Source: an uncultured Methanosarcinales archaeon
GTDB lineage: Archaea; Halobacteriota; Methanosarcinia; Methanosarcinales; Methanosarcinaceae
Assembly (NCBI GenBank): GCA_964597005.1
Contig: CAZQWP010000001.1
Coordinates: forward strand, 1 to 29,171
Direction of reading: 5' to 3'
DNA length: 29,171 bases
Every line of letters starts with the position of its first letter. Positions within the stretch are counted from its first letter, which is position 1. Of the stretch, positions 18,499 to 28,062 are shown in pieces. Both the position numbers and the translations under genes were made by a program. The notes beneath the pieces are model-generated. The model was not told the origin of the DNA, searched no databases, and saw only the letters and a program-made list of their open reading frames with translations.

Positions 18499-20316
18499 CT
18501 ACACAGCATCTTCAAGTTCAAGTCGCGGTGCCACACCAAGAGATTTAATCTCATCCAGAAGCAATTTAAATGCATAGCTCATCTCCACAGGATGAATATC
18601 TGTTTCTGCACTACAGTTTGAACAGTATCTTACATTTCGTTTCCTATCAAAGGTCGCGACCATCCCGCAATGTCCGCATACGAGTTCAACCACCTTGTCA
18701 GACTCGTCAAGCAGTCTTTCTTTTAGTGTCATTGCAGCACCGTGCCCGATCAGTACGTCCCTTTCCATCTCACCAAACCGAAGCCCTCCTTCACGTGCCC
18801 GTCCTTCTGTGGGCTGGCGTGTCAGCACCTGTACAGGACCACGGGATCTGGCATGGATCTTCGATGCAACCATGTGGTGCAGTTTCTGGTATAGGATAAC
18901 ACCAACGAATACGTCCGCCTGGATCTTCTTCCCGGTCACACCATCATAGAACACTTCTTTTGCAGTTTGGGCAAAACCATGTTCCTTAAGTGCCATTCGA
19001 AGATCCTTTTCACTCTCTCCTGAGAACGCGGTGGCATTGATGCGCCTGCCTTTCATTGAACCAACTTTACCTCCGATCATTTCCAGAACATGTCCCACCG
19101 TCATACGGGAAGGAATTGCGTGTGGGTTGAGTAGGAGGTCAGGAACCATTCCGCCTTCTGTGAATGGCATGTCATGGTACGGGACGATCAGTCCAATAAC
19201 ACCTTTCTGGCCGTGTCTGGATGCGAATTTGTCACCGATCTCAGGGATCCTCTGGTCCCGGACCTTGACTTTCGCAAGCCTTGTCCCGTTTATGGATTCA
19301 GTGAGGATGACAGTGTCCACAATTCCTTTTTCGTTCGAGCGCATTGTGATGGCACTTTCCCTTCGCTGTTCTACTGCTATCCCGAAATCAGTCGGCTCTT
19401 CAAGGAATCTGGGGGGACTGGTTTTTCCGATCAGGACATCATTTGGCCCGACAACCGTTTCGGGATTAACAAGACCATCCACATCCAGATTCGCATATGC
19501 TTCGGCACTGCGTGCCCCTCTGAATTCGGAATCCGGAATCTCGAACTTATCCTCCTGACCACCCGGATAGCGCCGCTCTTCCCCTTCAAACGTTCTTATG
19601 AAATGGCTTCTACCAAGTCCCCTTTCGATGGAACCCTTGTTAAATACCAGAGCATCTTCAATATTATGTCCTTCATATGACAACACAGCCACAACGAAAT
19701 TCTGCCCGGCAGGACGATCATCAAAATGGATGGCATCTGATGTCTGTGTCCTTGTAAGTGCCTTTTGAGGATAATGCAGAACATGTGCGCGGGTATCTGG
19801 CCGCAGTTTTGTATTCGCGGTAGCTATACCTATACATTGCTTGATCATTGCCGCACCCATGGTATTCCTGGGTGATGCATTATGTTCCGGATACGGCAGC
19901 ATGCCTGTACAAATCCCAAGAATAAGAGATGGGTCAATCTCAAGATGTGTATGGTCGGGTGTAAGATCAGACTCATAAAGGGCAATAAATGCATTTTCCT
20001 CTTCTTCGGCATCTAGATACTCTACGTATCCCGCATTTACCAGATCAACAAATATGATCTCCCCTCTCTTCAGCATTTCTATCTGCTCTTGCTCAATGAG
20101 CGTTTTTCCGTTCTCTACAATAATAAGCGGTCTTCGTGCACGTCCTATATCTGAATTGATGATCACTTCCTGCGTATCTTCATATAACGTGACGTTTACC
20201 TGTTCAGATAAAACCCTCATTCTTCGCTGTTGCCTTATATTATGTACCAGTTCAACAGGGTTGGCATGTGTTCCAATCAGTTCACCATTCAAGAATATTT
20301 TTGCTTCATTCTTCAT
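18499..20316 (-). CDS. rpoB1: RNA polymerase subunit B' (Rpo2C)
   Basis: [34 protein letters not shown]-terminal Zn ribbon. Confidence 0.97.
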   Translation of the reverse strand: MKNEAKIFLNGELIGTHANPVELVHNIRQQRRMRVLSEQVNVTLYEDTQEVIINSDIGRARRPLIIVENGKTLIEQEQIEMLKRGEIIFVDLVNAGYVEYLDAEEEENAFIALYESDLTPDHTHLEIDPSLILGICTGMLPYPEHNASPRNTMGAAMIKQCIGIATANTKLRPDTRAHVLHYPQKALTRTQTSDAIHFDDRPAGQNFVVAVLSYEGHNIEDALVFNKGSIERGLGRSHFIRTFEGEERRYPGGQEDKFEIPDSEFRGARSAEAYANLDVDGLVNPETVVGPNDVLIGKTSPPRFLEEPTDFGIAVEQRRESAITMRSNEKGIVDTVILTESINGTRLAKVKVRDQRIPEIGDKFASRHGQKGVIGLIVPYHDMPFTEGGMVPDLLLNPHAIPSRMTVGHVLEMIGGKVGSMKGRRINATAFSGESEKDLRMALKEHGFAQTAKEVFYDGVTGKKIQADVFVGVILYQKLHHMVASKIHARSRGPVQVLTRQPTEGRAREGGLRFGEMERDVLIGHGAAMTLKERLLDESDKVVELVCGHCGMVATFDRKRNVRYCSNCSAETDIHPVEMSYAFKLLLDEIKSLGVAPRLELEDAV

Positions 20317-21964
20317 CCAGGATTCCCCCGAGGATAGTATCCTTATTCGTCTCTAAACCCTTCTCCAGAAAATCCTTATCTGCAAGGATAGCCACATTTT
20401 TAGTTTCACTGGAAATAGTTTCCGGTTCATCTAGGTAGATATCTGGATCAGGCTCATATACAGGAATCTGATCAATATCTATATAGATAGAAGTTGGAGT
20501 GACATCCAGGTTGTAGAGGACATTCTTAATTGCATCCGTGTCTCCTGTGCCTGTAGACAACTCGACCATCTGAGCAAAATTCTTCACCAGTCCACAGTTG
20601 GGCCCTTCAGGTGTTTCTGAAGGGCATAACCGTCCCCATTGTGTCGGGTGAAGGTCTCGCGCCTCAAAGTGTGGCTGTGCCCTTGATAATGGAGATATGA
20701 CACGTCGTAGGTGGGATAATGCAGTGATATAATCGGTTCTATCAAGAAGTTGCGATACACCTGTCCTGCCGCCAACCCAATTACCAGTTGCAAGTGGATG
20801 CTGCAAGCGGTCTGTCAGGACATCCGCACGCACAAGGGTAACAACGTTCAGTTCCCTGTTCCGCATATTCGCTCTTTCAAGCTGGTATTTGACGTCCCTC
20901 GCAAGCCTGTTGAATGCCACTCTGAACAGGTCTTCCATCAGGTCACCTGTGAGTTTCAAACGTTTGTTCGAGTAATGATCCTTATCGTCCGCAGAACGTC
21001 TGCTCAGTGCAAGTTCAAAACACGATTCAGCCATTCTTCCAAGGAAATGCGCTTTTGCGATCCTGTCAATCGGTTCGTTGCCAAGATGCGGAAGCAAATA
21101 CCTGTCGATCACATAATTTGCCCGTTTGATCTGGTATTCCCTTGCCTGTCCGGCTGCAACACGTGCCCCGATCTTTTCAATGGCTTCCTCGTGCGTATCA
21201 ACCTCTGCTTCCTCAAGGTTCTCGAACATGAACTTCACAATCTCTGAATCAGTTGAAACCACTTTTACGATATCCTCGTCAGTTTCAATACCAAGCGCAC
21301 GCATGAGTGTTATGAAATTGACACGTCCGGAGATAGAGGGGAAAGATATTTCCAGCAACGATTTTCTGCCTCTTTCCACCACCACCAGTGCCCGGTAACC
21401 CCGCCTCTGTGAGAACACCTTGGCAACTTCGATTTCATCTCCATATCTTATCCCAACTTCGGTTAATATCTTATTAGGAGCAAGGTCTTCCAGTGTAATA
21501 ACCACTCTCTCAGTGCCGTTGACGATGAAATATCCTCCCGGGTCAAGGGGATCTTCACCGTACTGGACCATTTCCTGATCAGTCATATCCACAAGGTTGC
21601 AGATACGGGACTTGATCATTACTGGCAATTGACCGATCTTTGCTTCCACAGGTTCACTTTCCTGATCTTCGGTCACAACACTCATTTCAAGGTACAATGG
21701 AGCAGAATACGAAAGATTGCGAAGCCTTGCCTCGTTAGGATATAGCCTCTCTATTGCTCCATCGGCCTCCTTAACAACAGGATTCTCCACCCTGACCTTT
21801 CCGAGCTTCACATGTACATCTTCGACATCTGTTTCAATTATACCTTGCTCATCAATTATCTTCTGCAGTCCATCGTCCAAAAACTTATTATAGGAATCTA
21901 TATGATGCTGTACAATCTTATCTCGTGTGAAGTACGCTTTTGATAGTTCACTGGTTTCTAACGT
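20306..21964 (-). CDS. rpoB2: RNA polymerase subunit B'' (Rpo2N), start codon non-canonical (ACG 21964 or ATT 21967)
   Basis: [30 protein letters not shown]. The open frame extends upstream of the track's TTG (21880) through the conserved HHIDSYNKF, with RBS GAAGGTG at 21973-21979. Gene identity is secure; the exact start is not. Confidence 0.93.
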   Translation of the reverse strand, partial: TLETSELSKAYFTRDKIVQHHIDSYNKFLDDGLQKIIDEQGIIETDVEDVHVKLGKVRVENPVVKEADGAIERLYPNEARLRNLSYSAPLYLEMSVVTEDQESEPVEAKIGQLPVMIKSRICNLVDMTDQEMVQYGEDPLDPGGYFIVNGTERVVITLEDLAPNKILTEVGIRYGDEIEVAKVFSQRRGYRALVVVERGRKSLLEISFPSISGRVNFITLMRALGIETDEDIVKVVSTDSEIVKFMFENLEEAEVDTHEEAIEKIGARVAAGQAREYQIKRANYVIDRYLLPHLGNEPIDRIAKAHFLGRMAESCFELALSRRSADDKDHYSNKRLKLTGDLMEDLFRVAFNRLARDVKYQLERANMRNRELNVVTLVRADVLTDRLQHPLATGNWVGGRTGVSQLLDRTDYITALSHLRRVISPLSRAQPHFEARDLHPTQWGRLCPSETPEGPNCGLVKNFAQMVELSTGTGDTDAIKNVLYNLDVTPTSIYIDIDQIPVYEPDPDIYLDEPETISSETKNVAILADKDFLEKGLETNKDTILGGILDEE

Positions 21965-22102
21965 AATGATAGCACCTTCTTTAGTTTGGTAATGAATTAT
22001 TCACGGTTAAAAAAATAGGATGAATGTTTTCTTCATAGTATGATTTGAAGCAATGCAACATAAGTTTACTGCAAATACTTGAACTGTTAACGTCCCCTCT
22101 GG

Positions 22103-22339
22103 TCAGTCTATCACTAACCTGTAATATATGGCCTCCCCAGCAGTTTGGCTATTTCTCATAATCTTGACAACATCACCAACAGACGCGCCGATCTCGAGTG
22201 CGATAGGGTCTAAGACCTTGATTTTTGGCAGTTGCTCCTTTTCTATTTGGTATTTATTTAAAACAGATTTAAGTTCATCCTCCACCATAATTTCATGCTT
22301 TGGAATTAATTCATGGTCAAGCAGGCTGAATTTTCTCAA
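22103..22339 (-). CDS. rpoH: RNA polymerase subunit H (Rpo5)
   Basis: HELIPKH, QLPKI-DP, GDVVKI-R-S-TAG-YYRLV. TTG start after GGAGGAG. Confidence 0.96.
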   Translation of the reverse strand: MRKFSLLDHELIPKHEIMVEDELKSVLNKYQIEKEQLPKIKVLDPIALEIGASVGDVVKIMRNSQTAGEAIYYRLVID

Positions 22340-22386
22340 ATTTTCTCCTCCCTACAAAACTTCCAGGCGATATTTCCACAAAGTTT

Positions 22387-22463
22387 TGGCGGGCTCGTAG
22401 GGATTTGAACCCTAGGCCGTCTGGTTAAAAGCCAGACGCTCTGCCTGACTGAGCTACGAGCCC
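22387..22463 (-). tRNA. tRNA-Lys (anticodon UUU), CCA encoded, no intron
   Basis: Acceptor GGGCUCG/CGAGCCC, anticodon arm UCUGG-CUUUUAA-CCAGA, T arm UAGGG-UUCAAAU-CCCUA, 3' GCCA. Confidence 0.96.
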
Positions 22464-22874
22464 CTTTTGTTGGTACAATGTGGTTTTGTTTTATTAAGAT
22501 ATACTGCCACGTCAGTCTCGTGTGGCGGAGTCAACATGTGGTTATTGCATATAAACATTTCCAGCGAGTGCTCTAACATTTTTATTTTTTACAGACACTT
22601 CTTCCTATTATTTGATTACATTTATAGTTATGGGTAATTAAAATGAAGTTGCACGATACCCATATATATGATGTTTTCGGCACTTTACAAAGTTTGGGCC
22701 CATCTTATACATAATTTGATAGTTTTGCTCACTATTATTAAGATGTTGTTTTTTCACCAAATCCGTGTTTTTTTCTCTCGGATTGTAACAACATCTGCCA
22801 GTGTAACCAGCCCTTTGTAAAGATAAAAGCAACGTCTCACTTTTGGCAAAAAACAATAGTTAGCACGGTCTTTA

Positions 22875-24110
22875 TCAGGTACCGTGCTCCCATCCACCCA
22901 TGTACTCATCTTGTTTTTGGGTGAACTTATCGATGGTAATACCCAGTGATTTAAGTTTCATTTCGGCAACATACATATCCAGTTCATTTGGAACCGGATG
23001 TACTCCATTAACCAGTTTATTTTCCGCAATATATCTCACACACAGCGCCTGGTTTGCAAAGCTCATATCCATGACCTCCGTGGGGTGTCCATCACCTGCT
23101 GCCAAGTTCACAAGCCTTCCATCCGCAAGGACATGGATGCGCCTGCCGTCAAGGTCGTATTCCGTAATATTATTTCTAACGGTCCGTACAGATCTTGCCA
23201 TGGAAGTGAGGTCTTCCAGATTTATCTCTACATTGAAATGTCCTGAATTTGCAAGTATCGCACCTTCCTTCATAACCTCGAAGTGTTCCTTTGTCAGGAT
23301 GTCGCGGTTCCCTGTGGTCGTGACAAATATATCACCGATACTGGCAGCTTCTTTCATCGTCATTACAAGATTTCCGTCCATACGTGCTTCCAGTGCACGT
23401 ACCGGATCAACCTCGGTGACAATGACATTTGCACCAAGCCCGACAGCACGCATGGTAACACCCTTGCCACACCATCCGTAACCTGCGATCACTACGTTCT
23501 TACCCGCAACAAGCAGGTTCGTTGTCCTGACAATACCGTCCCAGGCAGACTGCCCTGTACCATAGCGGTTATCGAACAGGAACTTTGTCATGGCATCATT
23601 GACCGCGACCACAGCCATCTTTAAGGCACCGTCACGTTCCATAGCCTTAAGCCTGTGAATGCCAGTGGTTGTTTCCTCACATCCCCCAAGTATCTTTGGA
23701 AGCATATCAACTCGTTCTGTGTGGATTTTAAAAATAAGGTCTGCACCGTCGTCTATGGTGATGTCGGGATCAAAATCCAGTACCTTATCGATGGCCTCAT
23801 AATATTCATCGTTACTGCATGCGTATTTTGCATAACATGAAATATTCTCACGTGTGTCTAATGCCAAGGCAACGTCATCCTGTGTACTCAGTGGATTGCA
23901 TCCCGTAATTACAACCTCTGCACCGCCGGCAACAAGTGTCTCCACCAGCACGGCAGTTTTTGCTTCAACATGCAGTGCCATGCCCACCCTGTGGCCTTTC
24001 AGTGGTTTTTCCCGCTCGAACTGCTCTCTTATGATCGCCAGAACTGGCATGTGGTCACGTGCCCATTCTATTTTCTGGTTTCCTGATCCTATCAGGTCAT
24101 TTTCACTCAT
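22875..24110 (-). CDS. ahcY: Adenosylhomocysteinase (SAH/SIH hydrolase)
   Basis: ALHVEAKT, CNPLSTQD, EETTTG, DNRYGTGQS, GYGWCGKG, GHPTEVMDMSF. Start reassigned to MSEND (24110). Confidence 0.96.
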   Translation of the reverse strand: MSENDLIGSGNQKIEWARDHMPVLAIIREQFEREKPLKGHRVGMALHVEAKTAVLVETLVAGGAEVVITGCNPLSTQDDVALALDTRENISCYAKYACSNDEYYEAIDKVLDFDPDITIDDGADLIFKIHTERVDMLPKILGGCEETTTGIHRLKAMERDGALKMAVVAVNDAMTKFLFDNRYGTGQSAWDGIVRTTNLLVAGKNVVIAGYGWCGKGVTMRAVGLGANVIVTEVDPVRALEARMDGNLVMTMKEAASIGDIFVTTTGNRDILTKEHFEVMKEGAILANSGHFNVEINLEDLTSMARSVRTVRNNITEYDLDGRRIHVLADGRLVNLAAGDGHPTEVMDMSFANQALCVRYIAENKLVNGVHPVPNELDMYVAEMKLKSLGITIDKFTQKQDEYMGGWEHGT

Positions 24111-24168
24111 TATCTGGGTCTCCGTCTGTATACAATCTTGAAGGATAGTTCTTTTATAATACATCAAT

Positions 24169-25464
24169 TTAGGTGTTCACCCTTGAAACAAGGTCCTTTG
24201 CTGCATCTCTTGCCGCATCCATCACCTTTTGTTCATCCAGCGAAATCATCTCATAATCATGCATCAATATCTTACCGTTCACGATGGTGGTCCTTACATC
24301 ACATCCCCTAGCGGAGTATACAAGATGTGAGGTGGCATCATATCTTGGTGTCAGGTGCGGTTTGTTCATATCCACAATAATAACATCTGCTCTGTAGCCT
24401 GCTTTCAGTACCCCGGTTTCAAGACCAAGGGCAAGTGCTCCATTTCTCGTTGCCATCTCAAGTACCTGCCGGGCTGGCAGGACCGTGGGATCAAAGGTAT
24501 TCACTTTATGCAGGAGTGCCGAAGTTTTCATTTCCTCGAACATGTCAAGATTGTTGTTTGAAGCACATCCATCCGTTCCAAGGGACACATTCACCCCCCT
24601 ATCAAGCATTTTTGGCACTGGTGCAATACCTGATGCCAGTTTCATATTACTAACAGGATTGTGGGAAACATTCACCCCGCGTTTGCTGAGGATGTCAATA
24701 TCCCCATCCGAGAGCCAGATACAGTGGGCAGCAAGGACGCCGGGATCAAGGAACCCGATCTCGTCCAGCATATTGACCGAACACATTCCGAACTGTTCTT
24801 TCATCTGGTTCAGCTCTGCTTCTGTTTCAAGGACATGGATATGGATCTTTGCATCATCATTCATAGCCTGTTCCTTCACCTTTATAAGGAACTCCCGGGA
24901 ACACGTATTCGGTGCATGCGGACCGTACATTGCCGTGATCCTGCCGTCCGCACCTCCATTCCATTTATGTACAAAACGCCTGCCTTCTTTGAGTTCACTG
25001 TCCCCCCGGGCTTCACTCCCCAGGTCGATCATGCCATAAGAAAGTGCTGCACGCATACCGGACTTTTCAACTGCGCGGGCAACCTCGTCTACATGAATAT
25101 ACATATCCGCAAAAGTGGTTGTTCCTGACTTTATCATCTCAAGGCAAGCAAGAAGCGTGCCTTTGTGGAGGTCCTTATCGGTCAAAACCGCCTCCGTCGG
25201 CCAGATATGTTCCTCAAGCCATTCGGAAAGCGGCAGGTCATCTGCATATCCCCTGAAGAGTGTCATACCTGCGTGAGTGTGGGTATTGATAAGCCCGGGC
25301 ATCACAACACCGCCCTCTGCATCGATTATCGTATCGGCAGTCTCATGGGTAGAATCTGCGACCTGCGTGATGACACCGTCCTCTATAACAACCACCCTGC
25401 GCTTTATATCACCTGCGGGATTCATTGTCAGGACATAACCGTTCTTTATTAGGATATCTGCCAT
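24169..25464 (-). CDS. mtaD: 5'-deoxyadenosine / MTA / SAH deaminase (amidohydrolase, DadD/MtaD family)
   Basis: PGLINTHTH, HAPNTC, HIHVLET, AHCIWL, HNPVSNMKLASG, LGTDG-ASNN. Confidence 0.88.
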   Translation of the reverse strand: MADILIKNGYVLTMNPAGDIKRRVVVIEDGVITQVADSTHETADTIIDAEGGVVMPGLINTHTHAGMTLFRGYADDLPLSEWLEEHIWPTEAVLTDKDLHKGTLLACLEMIKSGTTTFADMYIHVDEVARAVEKSGMRAALSYGMIDLGSEARGDSELKEGRRFVHKWNGGADGRITAMYGPHAPNTCSREFLIKVKEQAMNDDAKIHIHVLETEAELNQMKEQFGMCSVNMLDEIGFLDPGVLAAHCIWLSDGDIDILSKRGVNVSHNPVSNMKLASGIAPVPKMLDRGVNVSLGTDGCASNNNLDMFEEMKTSALLHKVNTFDPTVLPARQVLEMATRNGALALGLETGVLKAGYRADVIIVDMNKPHLTPRYDATSHLVYSARGCDVRTTIVNGKILMHDYEMISLDEQKVMDAARDAAKDLVSRVNT

Positions 25465-26110
25465 TCTTCCTCTTTGTATACGATCTTTCCGTTTTCAGTG
25501 CATCAAGGTACAACTGCATGATTCTGAGCCGTTCATCTGCTATCTGTCTGGCAGTTTCGGTGTTCAATCTCTCCTTTATTTTGAAAGGCTTGTTGATCAT
25601 ATAATCATTGAACCCTTCAAATGAATCTGATGTATAGGCGTTCATGGATGTCTTTTTTACCGTACCGATGGTGTGTTTCAGTGTCCTGAGCGAACCTATG
25701 GAAACAAGAGACCGGAATATCCCGATAGCACCCAGTGCATCGATCCGGTCTGCATCCTGTAATATCTGCGCTTCGATGGATCCGGCTTTTTGGTTCTGGC
25801 TGAACCTGTGGGTCAGTATACACGATGCAACACTGTCGATCAGTTTTCCATCCGCACCTGCCATATGTAAAAACTCCCGTGCAATCTCGGCGCTGTATTC
25901 TGCGTGATCGCCGCCTTCATTGTGTTCCCTGACGATCCCCACATCGTGCAGGAGTGCTGCGAGTTGCAGTAATTCAGGGCTTCCTCCCTCATGTTCCTGT
26001 ATCCTCAGACACATTGATTCCACACGTTCGATATGGGAAATATCGTGGCTACTCGGTTCATCCGCAAGAACCTCCGAAACATAATTGCGTGTTTTTTCGA
26101 TCAGATCCAT
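25409..26110 (-). CDS. HD-domain metal-dependent phosphohydrolase
   Basis: HDISHIERV, AALLHDVG, H, HRFS, QDADRIDALG. Confidence 0.85.
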   Translation of the reverse strand: MDLIEKTRNYVSEVLADEPSSHDISHIERVESMCLRIQEHEGGSPELLQLAALLHDVGIVREHNEGGDHAEYSAEIAREFLHMAGADGKLIDSVASCILTHRFSQNQKAGSIEAQILQDADRIDALGAIGIFRSLVSIGSLRTLKHTIGTVKKTSMNAYTSDSFEGFNDYMINKPFKIKERLNTETARQIADERLRIMQLYLDALKTERSYTKRKNGRYPNKERLCPDNESRR

Positions 26111-26871
26111 TCAATTCCTCTTTCATCTGCCATGTTCATAAGTCTCTCGTGAATCTCGTAGATGGCAGAGGTAAGTATTCTATTGTTATCATAGCAGTCA
26201 ACAACATTCTGGAGGTCCTCAGTTGTATTTTGTTTCATATCCTTTGCAAACTGCAACATATTTGGTATTGCACGGGTCACGTTGTCAACAACGGTCACAT
26301 GTGAAGTAAGGGCTGTACGTGACATGGGGTTCAGGTCAATTGCAACGACGATCTTTCCCATCTTGACAAGTGCCTCGCACCTGTCGCCATCTTCTAAGGG
26401 TACCACCACAACATCCGCGTTGTATATCCCTTCTTCATCCACTTTCCCACGATCATGTTCTAATGGAAGGCGTGCATCAGCTTTTTTACCAAGCACTTTA
26501 TTTGCACCGTGTGCCTTCAAATGTGTGATGATCTTGTGCATGCGTGCCTCACTTCTATGGAACAGGTTAACCTCAAGCTTTGCACCTGTCACATCGGACA
26601 ATGCAACGATCTTGTCCGGCACCAGCGCAGCCGTATTGCCGTTTACCGATATCACGGGTCTTTCAGCAAGAAGAAGCAGAGACACAGCTGCTCGTTCAGC
26701 ATAAGCAGCACATTCTGTGGTATGCTCACCAATAAGGTAATCGAAACCCTCGCCTCTCCCCTGTGCGATCAAACCCTGCTGGCTGGTAATTCCCATATTT
26801 ACTCCCTCAACAAGTTTTTCACGGTTCATAAGGGACTCGTATCTTGGATGTTCCTTTGGGATTTGAGTCAT
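26101..26871 (-). CDS. pps: 4-phosphopantoate--beta-alanine ligase (phosphopantothenate synthetase)
   Basis: IP-HPRY-SL-RE, GRGEGFDYLIGE, VISVNGN, VPLEDGDR, IDLNPMSRT. Confidence 0.92.
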   Translation of the reverse strand: MTQIPKEHPRYESLMNREKLVEGVNMGITSQQGLIAQGRGEGFDYLIGEHTTECAAYAERAAVSLLLLAERPVISVNGNTAALVPDKIVALSDVTGAKLEVNLFHRSEARMHKIITHLKAHGANKVLGKKADARLPLEHDRGKVDEEGIYNADVVVVPLEDGDRCEALVKMGKIVVAIDLNPMSRTALTSHVTVVDNVTRAIPNMLQFAKDMKQNTTEDLQNVVDCYDNNRILTSAIYEIHERLMNMADERGIEWI

Positions 26872-26885
26872 GTAGGTTCATCCTC

Positions 26886-27836
26886 CTATTGACTACCTGT
26901 TGCATCGAGTATTATACCCTGGTCTGTTGGAACGATCATGGTCTGGATCTCCTGACCCTGAAGCATCTGGATGTACTTGTAGTTAATAAGGTTCGGGTTC
27001 TTTGAAAGTTCTTGGTTGATTATGCGTAGCGCCTCAGCCTCACCTGTTGCCTGTATGACGGTTGCATTGGCAATACCATTGGATTCGATTATCTTACGTT
27101 CGGCCTCAAGCTGCTCTTTCTGCTTGATAAATATCATCCTCTGTGCATCCTGGTCCGCCTGCAATTTCTCTTCAATGGCATTGGCTACCCGGTCCGGAAG
27201 TTTTACGTTTCGAAGCAGGACTTCTTCTATAATAATGCCGTCAGTAACTAGCGATATTTCCATTGTATTCTGCATCTCTGATGCAACAAGTTGTCTCTGT
27301 TCACCATAGACTTCCATAGCCGTGTGTGTGGATACAACTTCCCTTATCACTGATTTAATTGTAGGGCGTATGATCTTTTCTGCGTACCCCTGACCAAGAT
27401 TTTGATGTACCGTACTTGCATCCCCAGATATAAGCCGGTACCTGACAGTGACATCCAGTCCGACCATCAGTCCTTCGTTTGTCAATGCCGTGATCTGGTC
27501 ATCGCCCACGCGCTCGCCTTCCGAGGGCTGGGCACTCATGGTATATACTTCACTTCGTACCGAGTATTTCGTAACACTGACCCAGGGCGGAACAATATGT
27601 AACCCTTCCCCGAGTTCATCGGACTGAACGCCTCCAAATTGATTGAATTTAACCCCGACCTCTCCGGCACCTACCGACACAAGGATCGAACCGAACATCA
27701 CTGAAAATATAACAATTATTACCGCTATAATCGCGATAGAACGCAGTATTGCGCCGGCCATTGGAGGGATTCCTTCTATACGGAGGTCTGCTGGACCGCC
27801 AGATTCTGGAATGTCCCACTCATCTTCTTTTGCCAT
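26886..27836 (-). CDS. SPFH/band-7 (prohibitin-like) membrane protein
   Basis: Single N-terminal TM, GEVGVKF, GLHIVPPW, LLRNVKLP, coiled-coil EAERKIIE-GIA-A. Confidence 0.88.
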   Translation of the reverse strand: MAKEDEWDIPESGGPADLRIEGIPPMAGAILRSIAIIAVIIVIFSVMFGSILVSVGAGEVGVKFNQFGGVQSDELGEGLHIVPPWVSVTKYSVRSEVYTMSAQPSEGERVGDDQITALTNEGLMVGLDVTVRYRLISGDASTVHQNLGQGYAEKIIRPTIKSVIREVVSTHTAMEVYGEQRQLVASEMQNTMEISLVTDGIIIEEVLLRNVKLPDRVANAIEEKLQADQDAQRMIFIKQKEQLEAERKIIESNGIANATVIQATGEAEALRIINQELSKNPNLINYKYIQMLQGQEIQTMIVPTDQGIILDATGSQ

Positions 27837-28062
27837 TTCTGCACCTCATTGTTTAGCTATGAATTTAAAAACAGTTTACACTATAGTTACTATAAACAGG
27901 TATAATTAATAGGCTTTTGGTTTACCTGTGCATTTCCCTTTTTCAGGAGACATAAAAGAATAAACGGAAAACGGTTTCATCCGGAAGGCTGCATAACCGG
28001 GATCATTGTATCAATGCTCAGGTTTTTTTACTATCACCTTGATTTATTAAAGGGGGATCAAA

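Noticed and set aside
10511-21964. Inteins or introns in EF-2, RNAP subunits and the two tRNAs
   Set aside because: Protein lengths are normal, no splice motifs are present, and both cloverleaves close without inserts.
22505-22526. GCCAC-N11-GTGGC hairpin downstream of a TTTATA box, possible small RNA upstream of tRNA-Lys
   Set aside because: A 5-bp stem is expected by chance, and it could simply be a tRNA leader.
22638-22856. 72-aa ORF and a KGLVTLADVVTIRE fragment in the ahcY-tRNA gap
   Set aside because: AT-rich with no RBS. The similarity is too vague to call a pseudogene.
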